Positions 16,981-26,270 of a stretch of 32,000 bases of DNA are shown in pieces. The stretch is from Candidatus Methylomirabilis limnetica (GTDB lineage Bacteria > Methylomirabilota > Methylomirabilia > Methylomirabilales > Methylomirabilaceae). The notes below the pieces were generated by a model that did not search any database, was not told the DNA's origin, and saw nothing but the letters and a program-made list of their open reading frames with translations. The position numbers were made by a program, and so were the translations under genes. Position 1 is the first letter of the stretch, and each line of letters begins with the position of its first letter. The stretch is taken from the NCBI RefSeq assembly GCF_003044035.1, contig NZ_NVQC01000013.1:120001-152000 (forward strand). Reading direction: 5' to 3'.

Positions 16981-17775
16981 ATGCGGACGGCGCTCACGAT
17001 AGCAGGCTCCGATTCCGGGGGTGGAGCGGGGATCCAGGCTGATCTGAAGACCTTTGCCGCCTTGGGTATCTTCGGGACATCGGCGATTACGTCGGTCACT
17101 GCCCAGAACACGGTCGGTGTCCAGGGGGTGTACGATCTGCCGCCGGAGTTCGTCGGGCGCCAGATCGACTCGGTCCTGGAAGATATCCACATCGACGCGG
17201 CCAAGACCGGGATGCTTTCGAGCGCAGCGATCATAGAGGTGGTCGCGGAGAAGGTGAAGGCGTATGCGACCATGCGGCTGGTGGTCGATCCGGTGATGGT
17301 GGCCAAGGGTGGGGCGTCGTTACTTCGGCCTGATGCCGTGAAGGCGCTCGTCGAGCGTCTGCTGCCCCTTGCCCTTGTTCTCACGCCGAATGTGCCGGAG
17401 GCTGAGGCGCTCACAGGGCTGACGATCACCGAGCTCAATGGGATGCGTCAGGCGGCGCGGCAGATCCACGGCCTCGGCCCGAGGTACGTTGTCCTCAAGG
17501 GGGGCCACCTTGGCGGTCGCGCGATCGATCTCCTGTTCGACGGAAGTCACTTCACGGAGTTGGATGCCGAGCGGATCGATACGCCGCACACCCACGGGAC
17601 CGGATGCGTCTTCTCTGCGGCCATCACCGCGGAGCTGGCCAAGGGCAGTCCGGTTCCAGAGGCAGTTGCCATCGCCAAGCGCTTCATCACGGCTGCAATC
17701 CACTATGGGTTTCGGCTTGGCAAGGGATTCGGTCCGACCGATCCGATGGCGGCCGCAAGGAGCCTCACGCCATAA
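16981..17775 (+). CDS. thiD: bifunctional hydroxymethylpyrimidine kinase / phosphomethylpyrimidine kinase
   Basis: 264 aa: [59 protein letters not shown] upstream. Confidence 0.92.
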   Translation: MRTALTIAGSDSGGGAGIQADLKTFAALGIFGTSAITSVTAQNTVGVQGVYDLPPEFVGRQIDSVLEDIHIDAAKTGMLSSAAIIEVVAEKVKAYATMRLVVDPVMVAKGGASLLRPDAVKALVERLLPLALVLTPNVPEAEALTGLTITELNGMRQAARQIHGLGPRYVVLKGGHLGGRAIDLLFDGSHFTELDAERIDTPHTHGTGCVFSAAITAELAKGSPVPEAVAIAKRFITAAIHYGFRLGKGFGPTDPMAAARSLTP

Positions 17776-17808
17776 GAACAGGGTAGAGGGTTTAGGGTAT
17801 ATTGAATC

Positions 17809-17979
17809 ATGCGCAACCGGACTCTGCAACGATGGGACGTCTCACCGCAAGAGGCCATAGCGATCCAGCTCACACTGCGTTCCCATCTTTGTCTGCACGG
17901 TACAGGATCTTTTGCCACAGTCGCAGGGGTAGATATCGCGTATGATGAGACCACAAAGTTGATGTACCCTTCATAGGGT
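17809..17979 (+). pseudogene. nfi: N-terminal remnant of endonuclease V
   Basis: A 56-codon ORF, below the cutoff of the supplied track. MRNRTLQRWDVSPQEAIAIQLTLRSHL...FATVAGVDIAYDE resembles the first ~50 residues of Nfi (W..s..EA..iQ..L...V....v.G.Dv.y). It stops after PS; full-length Nfi is about 220 aa. Confidence 0.5.
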
Positions 17980-18028
17980 GTGGGGGATAGGGTCTAGGGT
18001 AAAGTGAGAGCGTAAAGGAGGGGGCAAC

Positions 18029-18799
18029 ATGGAGTTGGGGTTGCGTGGGAAGGTTGTGATGGTGACCGGCGGAAGCCGAGGGATCGGCAGGGCGATCGCC
18101 CTGGGTTGTGCCGAGGAGGGGTGCCGGCTCAGTATCTGTGGTCGAGGCCTTATAACACTGGAAGAGGTGGCCGAGACGATCAAAGCCTACGGGGTCGAAC
18201 TCCTCACGGTGTCCGCCGACCTCACCGACCCTCATGGGGCCGAGCGCTTTGTGCAGGCGACGCTCGAGCGGTATGGCCGGATCGATGTGCTGGTGAACAA
18301 TGTCGGCGGGTCACGCCGCGGGGAGCTGGAGGCCCTCTCGGAGGAGGATTGGCGAGAGGTGTACGATCTGAACTTCTTCTCGACGCTACGGATGGTCCGG
18401 CTGGTGGTGCCGGTGATGAAGCGGCAGGGCGGAGGCCGGATCATCAACATCGCCTCGATCTGGGGGCGAGAGTCGGGAGGGGCGATGACCTACAACGCGT
18501 CTAAGGCGGCGGTGATCAGCCTCTCCAAGTCACTCGCCAGGGAGCTGGCCCCTCACAATATCCTGGTCAACAGTGTGGCGCCTGGCTCGACACTCTTTCC
18601 GGGTGGCTCGTGGGACAAGCGGCAGCGCGAGAACCCGAGCCAGATGGCCCAGTTTATCAAGGACGAGCTTCCGCTTGGCCGATTCGGCCGTCCCGAGGAG
18701 GTCGCAGCCGTAGTGGTCTTTCTGGCGTCCCAAAAGGCGAGCTTAGTGACCGGAGCGTGCGTTACGGTCGATGGCTGTCAGTCGCGGTCGCTTATCTAA
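18029..18799 (+). CDS. SDR-family oxidoreductase (FabG-like)
   Basis: 256 aa with cofactor motif TGGSRGIG, NNVG, and catalytic YNASK. AAAGGAGG RBS. Confidence 0.88.
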   Translation: MELGLRGKVVMVTGGSRGIGRAIALGCAEEGCRLSICGRGLITLEEVAETIKAYGVELLTVSADLTDPHGAERFVQATLERYGRIDVLVNNVGGSRRGELEALSEEDWREVYDLNFFSTLRMVRLVVPVMKRQGGGRIINIASIWGRESGGAMTYNASKAAVISLSKSLARELAPHNILVNSVAPGSTLFPGGSWDKRQRENPSQMAQFIKDELPLGRFGRPEEVAAVVVFLASQKASLVTGACVTVDGCQSRSLI

Positions 18800-21309
18800 C
18801 CGGTCGCATCGGGTGGGCTAGAGGATGGCTTGATGTTCCAGATCTCCCGGGCGTACTCAGCGATGGCGCGGTCGCTGGAGAATTTGCCCGTCCTGGCAAC
18901 GTTTAAGATGGCCTTGCATGTCCAGCCCACGGGGTCTTTGAACGCTTGAGCCACCCGTTCCTGGGTCTCGATATACGACTCCAGATCGGCCAAGTGGAAG
19001 TATGGGTCCCCCCGGTCCAGGACCGACTCATAAATCCAGCGAAACCGGCTTGGCTCATCCGGGCAAAACAGGCCGGACGCAAACGTGTCCATGAGCCGTC
19101 GTATATCGGGGTTGCGATGATAGTAGGTTCGAGGATGATACGACCCTCCCGCACGCATCTGCCGGATCTCTTCGACCTGTAATCCGAAGAGAAAGATATT
19201 CTCCTGACCCACCTCATCCATGATCTCTATCGTGGCCCCATCATGAGTGCCGATGGTGAGCGCCCCATTCATCGCGAACTTCATGTTCCCCGTGCCTGAA
19301 GCTTCCGTCCCAGCCATGGAAATCTGCTCGCTCACATCCGTAGCGGGGACGATCTGCTCCGCCAGAGAGACTCGATAGTCGGGCAGGAAGACCACTTTGA
19401 TCAACCCCTGCACCCGGGGATCGGCATTGATAACCTGGCCCACGCTGGTGATTAATTTGATGATCTGTTTCGCCGCCCAATACCCCGGCGCCGCCTTACC
19501 GGCAAAGATGTATACGCGAGGTACCGGCGGCGTTATCCCGTCTTGGATCATGCGCAGATACTGGTGGATGATCTGCATGACGTTGAGCAATTGCCGTTTG
19601 TACTCGTGGATCCGTTTGACGTGAACATCAAACAGCGCATCCGGACTGACGGCCACTCGACAGCGGTCATAGATGATCTGAGTGAGGAGCGTCTTGCTGG
19701 ATCGCCTCACCATCATGAATGCTTGTTGGAAATCCGGATCCTGCGCATAAGGTTCCAAAGCCCTGAGCTTGCCAAGGTCAGTAATCCAATCGCTCCCAAT
19801 GGTGCTGGTAATGAGATCGGCTAACAGCGGATTGGCTTGAAGCAACCAGCGTCGCGGCGTGACCCCATTTGTCTTCGTGTTAAATTTCTCCGGCCAGAGT
19901 TGATAGAAATCTGGCACCAAGGAGGTTTTCACTATTTGGGTGTGGAGAGCCGACACCCCATTTGTAGAATGGCTGCCGACAAGCGCCAGGTTCACCATGC
20001 GCACAGCTTTCTGCTCCCCTTCCTCAATCAGGGACATGCGTCGCAATCGCTCGTGGTCATCTGGCCACACGGAGGCCACCTGCGCGAGGAACCGGTGGTT
20101 GACCTCATAAATGATCTGAAGATGCCGTGGCAAGACGTACTCTAATAGCGAGACCGACCACTTCTCTAACGCTTCAGGCATCAAGGTGTGATTGGTATAC
20201 GACAGTGTGGCCTGAGTCGTCTCCCAGGCTTTCTCCCATGGTTGGGCATGTTCGTCGACCAGAATGCGCATCAATTCTGCGACGGCCAGGGCTGGATGGG
20301 TATCGTTGAGGTGAATGGCGACCTTGGAGGCGAACTGGTCAAAGGTGGCATGACTCTTTTCATAGCGCCTGACAATGTCTCGAAGGGTGCATGCCACAAG
20401 TAGGTATTCTTGAACCAGTCGCAGTTCCCGACCCGCTTCGACCAAGTCAGAGGGGTAGAGGACCTTTGAGATGGTCTCCGAGGCGATCTGCTGCTCGACC
20501 GCTTTCAAGTAGTCCCCCTCATTAAAGATCTGCATATCAAATTCCGCGGACGATCGCGCCGAGTACACTCGCAGCACATTCACCGTCTGGCCACCGAACC
20601 CCACGATCGGCATGTCGTGCGGAACGCCGACGATGATCTTCCAATCCATCCACATGGGGTTGTATTGGCCTGCGCGGTCGATGCCGTGTTCGATGCGACC
20701 GTATAGGGGAACGATGCAGGCCTCATCGGGACGCTCAATCTGCCAGGGGCTTCCGTGGATCAGCCAGTTGTCCGGTTTTTCCTTCTGGTACCCATTGTCA
20801 ATGTCCTGTTTGAACAAGCCATACTCATAGTTAAGTCCGTATCCGTACCCCGGCATACCCATGGTGGCTAGGGAGTCCAGAAAACACGCCGCCAAGCGAC
20901 CGAGCCCGCCATTTCCCAGGGCGGCCTCACATTCACCTTCCATCACCTCCTCAAAATCAACGCCCATCTTGCGCAGCGCATCTCGGCAAAGATCGAGCAT
21001 CCGCAGATTGCTCAGGTTATTTTTCAAGGACCGACCCAGGAGATACTCCATAGAGAGATAATGCACGCGCTTGGGATCGGTCTGTTGATACCGATCCTCG
21101 GTCTCCAACATTCTGTCGATGAGGGCGTCTCGAACAGCTAACGCGACAGCCGTAAAAAGTTCGCGACCGGAACAGAGCCCCCACCTTTTGCCCAACGAGT
21201 ACCGGGCATGATAGCGGATAGTATCTAGAAAGGCAGGTACGGTAAGGGCCACATCGCTATGCTTTTTAGATGTCAGCCGCGCTTGCTGCTCAGGCCTTCT
21301 GTTCGACAT
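18796..21309 (-). CDS. glgP: glycogen/alpha-glucan phosphorylase
   Basis: 837 aa with the PLP-lysine motif EASGTGNMKFAMNGA and typical LGNGGLGRLAACFLDS. Its 3' end overlaps the convergent SDR gene by 4 nt. Confidence 0.93.
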   Translation of the reverse strand: MSNRRPEQQARLTSKKHSDVALTVPAFLDTIRYHARYSLGKRWGLCSGRELFTAVALAVRDALIDRMLETEDRYQQTDPKRVHYLSMEYLLGRSLKNNLSNLRMLDLCRDALRKMGVDFEEVMEGECEAALGNGGLGRLAACFLDSLATMGMPGYGYGLNYEYGLFKQDIDNGYQKEKPDNWLIHGSPWQIERPDEACIVPLYGRIEHGIDRAGQYNPMWMDWKIIVGVPHDMPIVGFGGQTVNVLRVYSARSSAEFDMQIFNEGDYLKAVEQQIASETISKVLYPSDLVEAGRELRLVQEYLLVACTLRDIVRRYEKSHATFDQFASKVAIHLNDTHPALAVAELMRILVDEHAQPWEKAWETTQATLSYTNHTLMPEALEKWSVSLLEYVLPRHLQIIYEVNHRFLAQVASVWPDDHERLRRMSLIEEGEQKAVRMVNLALVGSHSTNGVSALHTQIVKTSLVPDFYQLWPEKFNTKTNGVTPRRWLLQANPLLADLITSTIGSDWITDLGKLRALEPYAQDPDFQQAFMMVRRSSKTLLTQIIYDRCRVAVSPDALFDVHVKRIHEYKRQLLNVMQIIHQYLRMIQDGITPPVPRVYIFAGKAAPGYWAAKQIIKLITSVGQVINADPRVQGLIKVVFLPDYRVSLAEQIVPATDVSEQISMAGTEASGTGNMKFAMNGALTIGTHDGATIEIMDEVGQENIFLFGLQVEEIRQMRAGGSYHPRTYYHRNPDIRRLMDTFASGLFCPDEPSRFRWIYESVLDRGDPYFHLADLESYIETQERVAQAFKDPVGWTCKAILNVARTGKFSSDRAIAEYAREIWNIKPSSSPPDATG

Positions 21310-21312
21310 CGG

Positions 21313-21792
21313 TCACCCTTTCAATGGTCCGTCTTTGGCTTGACACGGTCCGAAAAACCTGGTCAAGGTCAGGATATTTTTCCCCTCGCAGGTGGTATAC
21401 GTCACATCGTCCATCGTTGCCTTGATAATCGCGAGCCCCAACCCCCCTTCTGGAATACTGCTCAGGCGACACGGATCGAAATCGAAGGGTGATGCCGCCT
21501 GAGGCTTGAGGTGCTTCGGATCCATGGCCATTCCCGTGTCACAGATCTGAAGGGTCAGGTGGTCGGGATACTGCCAGAAGAGTACCTCCACCTCATGTCC
21601 TGCCTCATTGCCGTAGGCGTGCAAGATGGCATTGTTGACAGCCTCGACAACACACAGCGCGATCCGGTGTGATTCGACATCGGACAGTGGGATGAGGGAG
21701 CAAAACCGCTCTACCGCCTGACCGATAAGCGGCACATTCTGCAGATCGCTGGTGATGGCTAGTGTGATCCGTTTTCCGCTCAACTTGCCCAA
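21313..21792 (-). CDS. RsbW-like anti-sigma regulatory factor / serine protein kinase (HATPase_c)
   Basis: N-box EAVNNAILHA, then DTGMAMD and GGLGLAII. The start is a TTG (21792, or 21783 with better spacing from AAGGA). The stop lies 3 nt from the glgP start. Confidence 0.8.
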   Translation of the reverse strand: MGKLSGKRITLAITSDLQNVPLIGQAVERFCSLIPLSDVESHRIALCVVEAVNNAILHAYGNEAGHEVEVLFWQYPDHLTLQICDTGMAMDPKHLKPQAASPFDFDPCRLSSIPEGGLGLAIIKATMDDVTYTTCEGKNILTLTRFFGPCQAKDGPLKG

Positions 21793-21799
21793 TCCTTGT

Positions 21800-22138
21800 T
21801 TAGCAGCCTAAGGCTGATATGGCCTGCTGCTCATTGCCAAAGACCTGAAACACCCGGTCCATCCTAGTGAGCCGGAACATGGTCATGGTGGTTTCCTGCA
21901 ATCCGCATACGACCAGATCCCCTTGTCCCCCCATGCGTTTCAGGCTCGAGACGATCGCCCCCAACCCACTGCTGTCGATGAACTCAACCCTGGAGAGGTC
22001 CAGCACGATCTTCGTATTCCCCGAAGCGATCAGTTCGGCCATCCGCTCCTTAAAATCAGTCGCGACCCTGGCATCCAGTCGATCCTCTAGCGGCGCAACC
22101 ACCAAGGCCTCGCCTGCTCTCCGCTGCTCAAGCTGCAT
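21800..22138 (-). CDS. STAS-domain anti-sigma-factor antagonist (RsbV/SpoIIAA-like)
   Basis: I prefer the ATG at 22138 (AAAGGAG upstream, 18 nt after the Hpt stop) over 22216. Conserved phosphorylatable-serine context FIDSSGLGAIV. Confidence 0.82.
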   Translation of the reverse strand: MQLEQRRAGEALVVAPLEDRLDARVATDFKERMAELIASGNTKIVLDLSRVEFIDSSGLGAIVSSLKRMGGQGDLVVCGLQETTMTMFRLTRMDRVFQVFGNEQQAISALGC

Positions 22139-22155
22139 CGCATGTGCTCCTTTGC

Positions 22156-22470
22156 CTATACCTGCCCCCGGACCTGAACTGTTACAGCCGCAAGGTACGC
22201 TGCCAGCCGCTCGCACAGTGTCGTGATGGCCTTCCGATCGCCCCGCACACTCGCCTCCTCGATCCCCCGTCCTATCTCGCTGATCTCTGCGAACCCATAG
22301 CCGCCACCGGTCCCTTTCATCGTGTGGCCTAACCGCGTGAGCTCCTCATGGTTGCCTTCCTGGACCAGCCGCGTGATCGTCTCAACATCCCGTCGCCGAT
22401 TCTCTAAAAACTCCGGGATCAGGTCTGCCAGTTCTTCGTCAACAAAGACAACAGTCGTCTGTTCCCCCAT
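22156..22470 (-). CDS. Hpt histidine phosphotransfer protein
   Basis: ATG at 22470 is preceded by GGAGGGAGGTGAAA. Hpt motif HTMKGTGGGYG (HxxKG). Confidence 0.8.
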   Translation of the reverse strand: MGEQTTVVFVDEELADLIPEFLENRRRDVETITRLVQEGNHEELTRLGHTMKGTGGGYGFAEISEIGRGIEEASVRGDRKAITTLCERLAAYLAAVTVQVRGQV

Positions 22471-22498
22471 TTTCACCTCCCTCCGAAAATCCCACTTA

Positions 22499-25400
22499 TC
22501 AAATACCACCGTGGCCCCCCTTTGCTAAAAGGGGGGGTGGGGGGTTTTCGTAATCGGCCAGATAGCGGGCCACCGTCGCAAGCAGGAGATCCTTCTTCAG
22601 CGGCTTCGTGAGGTAGTCATCCATTCCTAGCTGGAGACACTGCTCTCGATACCCCGCGATTGCATGCGCTGTCAACGCGATAATGGGCGTCCGTCCTACG
22701 TTATGCTCGCGTTCCCATGCCCTGATGGTTCGAGTGGCCTCAAACCCGTCCATTTCCGGCATCTGCACGTCCATCAGAATGAGATCATAGCGGGCCTGCC
22801 GCACGGCGCTCACTGCTGCTACCCCATTTCCCGCAATGACGACCCAGTACCCAGCCTTCTCCAGAATCCTTCTCACCAGGTTCTGATTGTCCACGTTGTC
22901 CTCGACCAGCAGGATGTGTTGCTGGATGGTGGGGCGCATTGCCTTCGGGATCGCCGGCTCAGCGAGTGTCACCGCTTCCTCCGGTCTTCGTAGCAGCCCC
23001 ATCAACATATCGAAGAGCTTCGACTGTTTGACCGGCTTGGTCAGGACCACCGTAATCCCCAGTTCCTCCCTTACGCCGGCGAGCAGCCCCTCCCAGGACG
23101 AGAGCATCACCAACTTGATCCCCTGGAGCTTTGGATCGTGCCGGATGGCTCGTGCCACGTCTACCCCATCCATGTCCGGCATCTGATGATCCAGGATGAC
23201 GACCTGAAAGTGCGTGTGCGACGTACGCAATAACGCCAAGGCCTCCTCCCCCCCGGATGCTTCCCCTACGGAGGTGCCCCACGCTTGCAGCGTCCTGCGC
23301 AGGATCAGGCGATTGGTCGGATTGTCGTCCACCACCAACACCGCCACGTCGCGCAGATCGGGATAGACCTCGCCCTCCACCCGCAGTATCTCAGCTTCAG
23401 GCTCCGCCAAGGATACCGCAAAATCACAATGGAAGGTGGACCCCTTTCCGATCTCGCTCTGCACCCATATCCGCCCGCCCATTAGCTCGACCAGGGACTT
23501 TGAGATACTCAACCCCAATCCGCTTCCCCCGAATCGCCGCGTCGTGGTGGAATCCGCCTGAGCGAATGGGTCAAAGATCCTGGCTTGTTGATGCGTGGGA
23601 ATGCCGATCCCGGTATCGGCCACCGAAACATGGAGCCCAACTCGTCCAGGCGCGGCGGCAGCGGCCTGCTCAACTTGAATGGCTACCTCCCCGCGCTCCG
23701 TGAACTTGATGGCATTGCCCACGAGGTTCACCAACACCTGCCTCAGGCGAGTGGGGTCGCCGAGCACTCGAGATGGCAGCACCGGATCCACATAGCACGT
23801 CAGCTCTAGCCCCTTTTTCTGGGCCCGGATGCTCAGGACCTCGGCCACACCTTCCACGACTTCACGCAGGTGAAAGCCCACATCCTCAATGACCATCTGG
23901 CCCGCCTCAATCTTGGAGATATCGAGAATATCGTTAATGACCGTCAGCAGCGCTTCAGAGGACGACAGCACGACCTGCAAGAACTCTCGTTGCTCCGCAG
24001 TAAGCGCGGTGTCGAGGGTGAGCTCCGTCATACCAATGACGGCGTTGAGCGGGGTCCGAATCTCGTGGCTCATCATGGCCAAGAACTCACTCTTGGCGCG
24101 GTTGGCCGTTTCGGCGGCGGACTTCGCCTGTTGGAGCTCTATCTCCGCCCGCTTGCGCTCTTCAACCTCTCGTCTCAGCTCTTCGGCATGACGTTGCACT
24201 GAGTTGTACATGCGGCTATGCTCAATGACAATGGCCACCTGGTCAGCCAGAGGGAGCAGACGCTCAATGTCTCGTGCGGAGTACGTCCCGGCCGTCAAAC
24301 TATCGAGGAAGAAGACCCCCACTGCCCTCCCTCCAACCAGAAGCGGGAGCTCAATGGAGGACCGGACGCCCTCCTGCACCATATACATCTCATCGTGGAA
24401 CCTGGCCTCCTTTACCATGTCGCGCACAAGTCGAGGCTCCCTCTGGGTGAGCATCCACTCGATCGCCGTGTCGTTCGTCTTTGGCCAGCTCTGTCCCTGG
24501 TAGGCGGCGAGTGGGGGGTTCGCCACGGAGTAGGCCACCCGGAGCTGGTCGACTTCCGGGACGATCACCCCCAGCCGGTCATACGGGACGTAGGACTCCA
24601 CCGCCTGGGCAAACGTCCCAAAGACCTCGTTGAGTTCGAGCGATCGGTTCAGCAGTCGGCCCAGCGTGAAGAGCGCCTCCCACCGCGCGGCGTGGTCCTT
24701 CGTCGTCTCATACAATTCGGCGAGATCGGCGTGGGCGGCTCCTAGGTCAGCGTCTGCCTGCTTGCGGGCGGTGACGTCCTGTTTGACCGCGATGTAGTGG
24801 GTGATCTGACCTCGGCTGTCTCGGACGGGGGCGATGGCCTGCTCCTCGGTGTAGAGGCCCCCATCCTTACGCCGATTAATTATCTCCCCGTGCCAGACCT
24901 GTCCGGCGAGAATCGTTGCCCAGATCTGCTGGTAGAACGCGGTGTCGTGCTGGTCTGACTTGAGGAAACGCGAATTTCGGCCGAGCATCTCTTGGGCTGT
25001 GTAGCCGGTGAGCTGGGTGACGGCGGAATTGACCCAGGTGATCGTTCCCTCTCGGTCAGTGATCATGATGCCGTTGGCCGCCGCCTCCAATGCAGTGTGT
25101 TGCAGGTGCAGTTGAGCTTCTGCCTGCTTACGGGCGGTGATGTCGCGGATCGCGCTCATGGCGATACCGCCATCTTTGGTGGGATAGTGACTCAGCTTGA
25201 TGTCAACGGGAAACTCACGCCCATCCTTGCGCACGGCGTATAATTCCAGACCCACCCCCATGGGTCGCGTCACAGGGGTGGTGGTGTAGGTAGCGCGATG
25301 CTCTGTGTGCTGGCTGCGGAGACGCTCTGGCACCAGCATCTCAACTGGTGCGCCCAGCAACTCTTGCTGCGCATAGCCGAATATCCTCTCCGCTTCTTCA

Positions 25401-26254
25401 TTTGCGAGCACGATGCGTCCTGCCTTGTTGACGAGCAGTATGGCGTCCGGCGCAGCATTCACCAGCCCGCGAAACTTGTCCTCGCTTTCGGTAAGGGCGT
25501 CGAGCATCTCATTCAGAGAACTGGCCAGACGGCCAAGCTCATCGGCAGCCAAGACCGGGGCGTACGCCGTCGCCTCACCCGCCGTGCGGGCATCCATGGT
25601 TGCACGAATGGTACTGACCGGACGTAGGATCAGCCGCTGGAGCAGCGTCCAGGCGAACAACAGGGTCAGCAGGATGACCGTGAACAGGATGGCGCGCACT
25701 TGCCACATGGCCCGGGACACCTGGCGCTCGATCGGGTGGGCGTCCAGACGGACCATGACCGCCCTATCCGCCCTGTCCCTTGGGCTGGCTCCTGCGCCAT
25801 CTAGGTCGAAGGGTAGTATGAGCTCGAACTCACTGGTCTCGGTGTGAAAGTGAAGGTGCTCCTGTTGGGTCGCCATCGTGTTGGTCAGGTGCTGAGTCGC
25901 GTCCTTCTCAGGAAGATCAGAAATGGACCGGCCGATCCAGGCCTGCTTCGTTGCAGCCAAGACGCGAAGGGTCTCCCCGCTTGCTACAACAATGAAGGTG
26001 ACGTCCGGCTCCTCACCCAGGGCGTGGACAATCCGCATGAGCTCCGTCGGCTCGCCCGCGATCCTCGCGACAGCCTTCACGGCGCTCGCCAGATGGTGCA
26101 CACGATACGCTGCCTGTTCTTCAAGCCGCTCCGCGAACAGTCGCTGGGTCACCCACATGCTCAGCGCCACCAAGAGGGCGCTGATCACGAGCAGCGGGAT
26201 GACGATCTTGGTCTCGAGGGAACGGAATGGGCTGGGAGGTGAGTTGAGCTGCAT
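22499..26254 (-). CDS. hybrid sensor histidine kinase (TM sensor, HAMP, multiple PAS, GAF, HisKA, HATPase_c, two REC domains)
   Basis: 1251 aa with H-box [12 protein letters not shown], then DTGIGI and GSGLGL. Two receivers ([10 protein letters not shown]...[11 protein letters not shown]; [10 protein letters not shown]...[12 protein letters not shown]). PAS-like blocks (e.g. [20 protein letters not shown] boundaries). Confidence 0.92.
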   Translation of the reverse strand: MQLNSPPSPFRSLETKIVIPLLVISALLVALSMWVTQRLFAERLEEQAAYRVHHLASAVKAVARIAGEPTELMRIVHALGEEPDVTFIVVASGETLRVLAATKQAWIGRSISDLPEKDATQHLTNTMATQQEHLHFHTETSEFELILPFDLDGAGASPRDRADRAVMVRLDAHPIERQVSRAMWQVRAILFTVILLTLLFAWTLLQRLILRPVSTIRATMDARTAGEATAYAPVLAADELGRLASSLNEMLDALTESEDKFRGLVNAAPDAILLVNKAGRIVLANEEAERIFGYAQQELLGAPVEMLVPERLRSQHTEHRATYTTTPVTRPMGVGLELYAVRKDGREFPVDIKLSHYPTKDGGIAMSAIRDITARKQAEAQLHLQHTALEAAANGIMITDREGTITWVNSAVTQLTGYTAQEMLGRNSRFLKSDQHDTAFYQQIWATILAGQVWHGEIINRRKDGGLYTEEQAIAPVRDSRGQITHYIAVKQDVTARKQADADLGAAHADLAELYETTKDHAARWEALFTLGRLLNRSLELNEVFGTFAQAVESYVPYDRLGVIVPEVDQLRVAYSVANPPLAAYQGQSWPKTNDTAIEWMLTQREPRLVRDMVKEARFHDEMYMVQEGVRSSIELPLLVGGRAVGVFFLDSLTAGTYSARDIERLLPLADQVAIVIEHSRMYNSVQRHAEELRREVEERKRAEIELQQAKSAAETANRAKSEFLAMMSHEIRTPLNAVIGMTELTLDTALTAEQREFLQVVLSSSEALLTVINDILDISKIEAGQMVIEDVGFHLREVVEGVAEVLSIRAQKKGLELTCYVDPVLPSRVLGDPTRLRQVLVNLVGNAIKFTERGEVAIQVEQAAAAAPGRVGLHVSVADTGIGIPTHQQARIFDPFAQADSTTTRRFGGSGLGLSISKSLVELMGGRIWVQSEIGKGSTFHCDFAVSLAEPEAEILRVEGEVYPDLRDVAVLVVDDNPTNRLILRRTLQAWGTSVGEASGGEEALALLRTSHTHFQVVILDHQMPDMDGVDVARAIRHDPKLQGIKLVMLSSWEGLLAGVREELGITVVLTKPVKQSKLFDMLMGLLRRPEEAVTLAEPAIPKAMRPTIQQHILLVEDNVDNQNLVRRILEKAGYWVVIAGNGVAAVSAVRQARYDLILMDVQMPEMDGFEATRTIRAWEREHNVGRTPIIALTAHAIAGYREQCLQLGMDDYLTKPLKKDLLLATVARYLADYENPPPPLLAKGGHGGI
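22515..22550. repeat. C6/G6 hairpin element overlapping the 3' end of the kinase ORF
   Basis: CCCCCC-TTTGCTAAAA-GGGGGG(G)-T-GGGGGG-TTTT. Same architecture as 31370-31408. Confidence 0.6.
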
Positions 26255-26270
26255 CGATGTCCTCTAGTCG

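Larger units (their letters stand above)
16347..17460 (+). repeat. right copy of the diverged direct duplication (partner 11487..12376)
   Basis: See the left copy. This copy has ~220 extra nt (about 16725-16965), including a palindromic MITE-like element. Confidence 0.85.

Noticed and set aside
11894-17460. Diversity-generating retroelement template/variable repeat pair, as an explanation for the two thiD 5' copies.
   Set aside because: Mismatches between the copies involve all bases rather than adenine-specific substitutions. No reverse transcriptase is present.
17781-17805. Telomere-like GGGTTTAGGG motif. The reverse-complement form also occurs at 9358-9372.
   Set aside because: Only one or two units occur per site, in internal positions of an otherwise ordinary bacterial chromosome. 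It is treated as a short dispersed motif, not a telomere.
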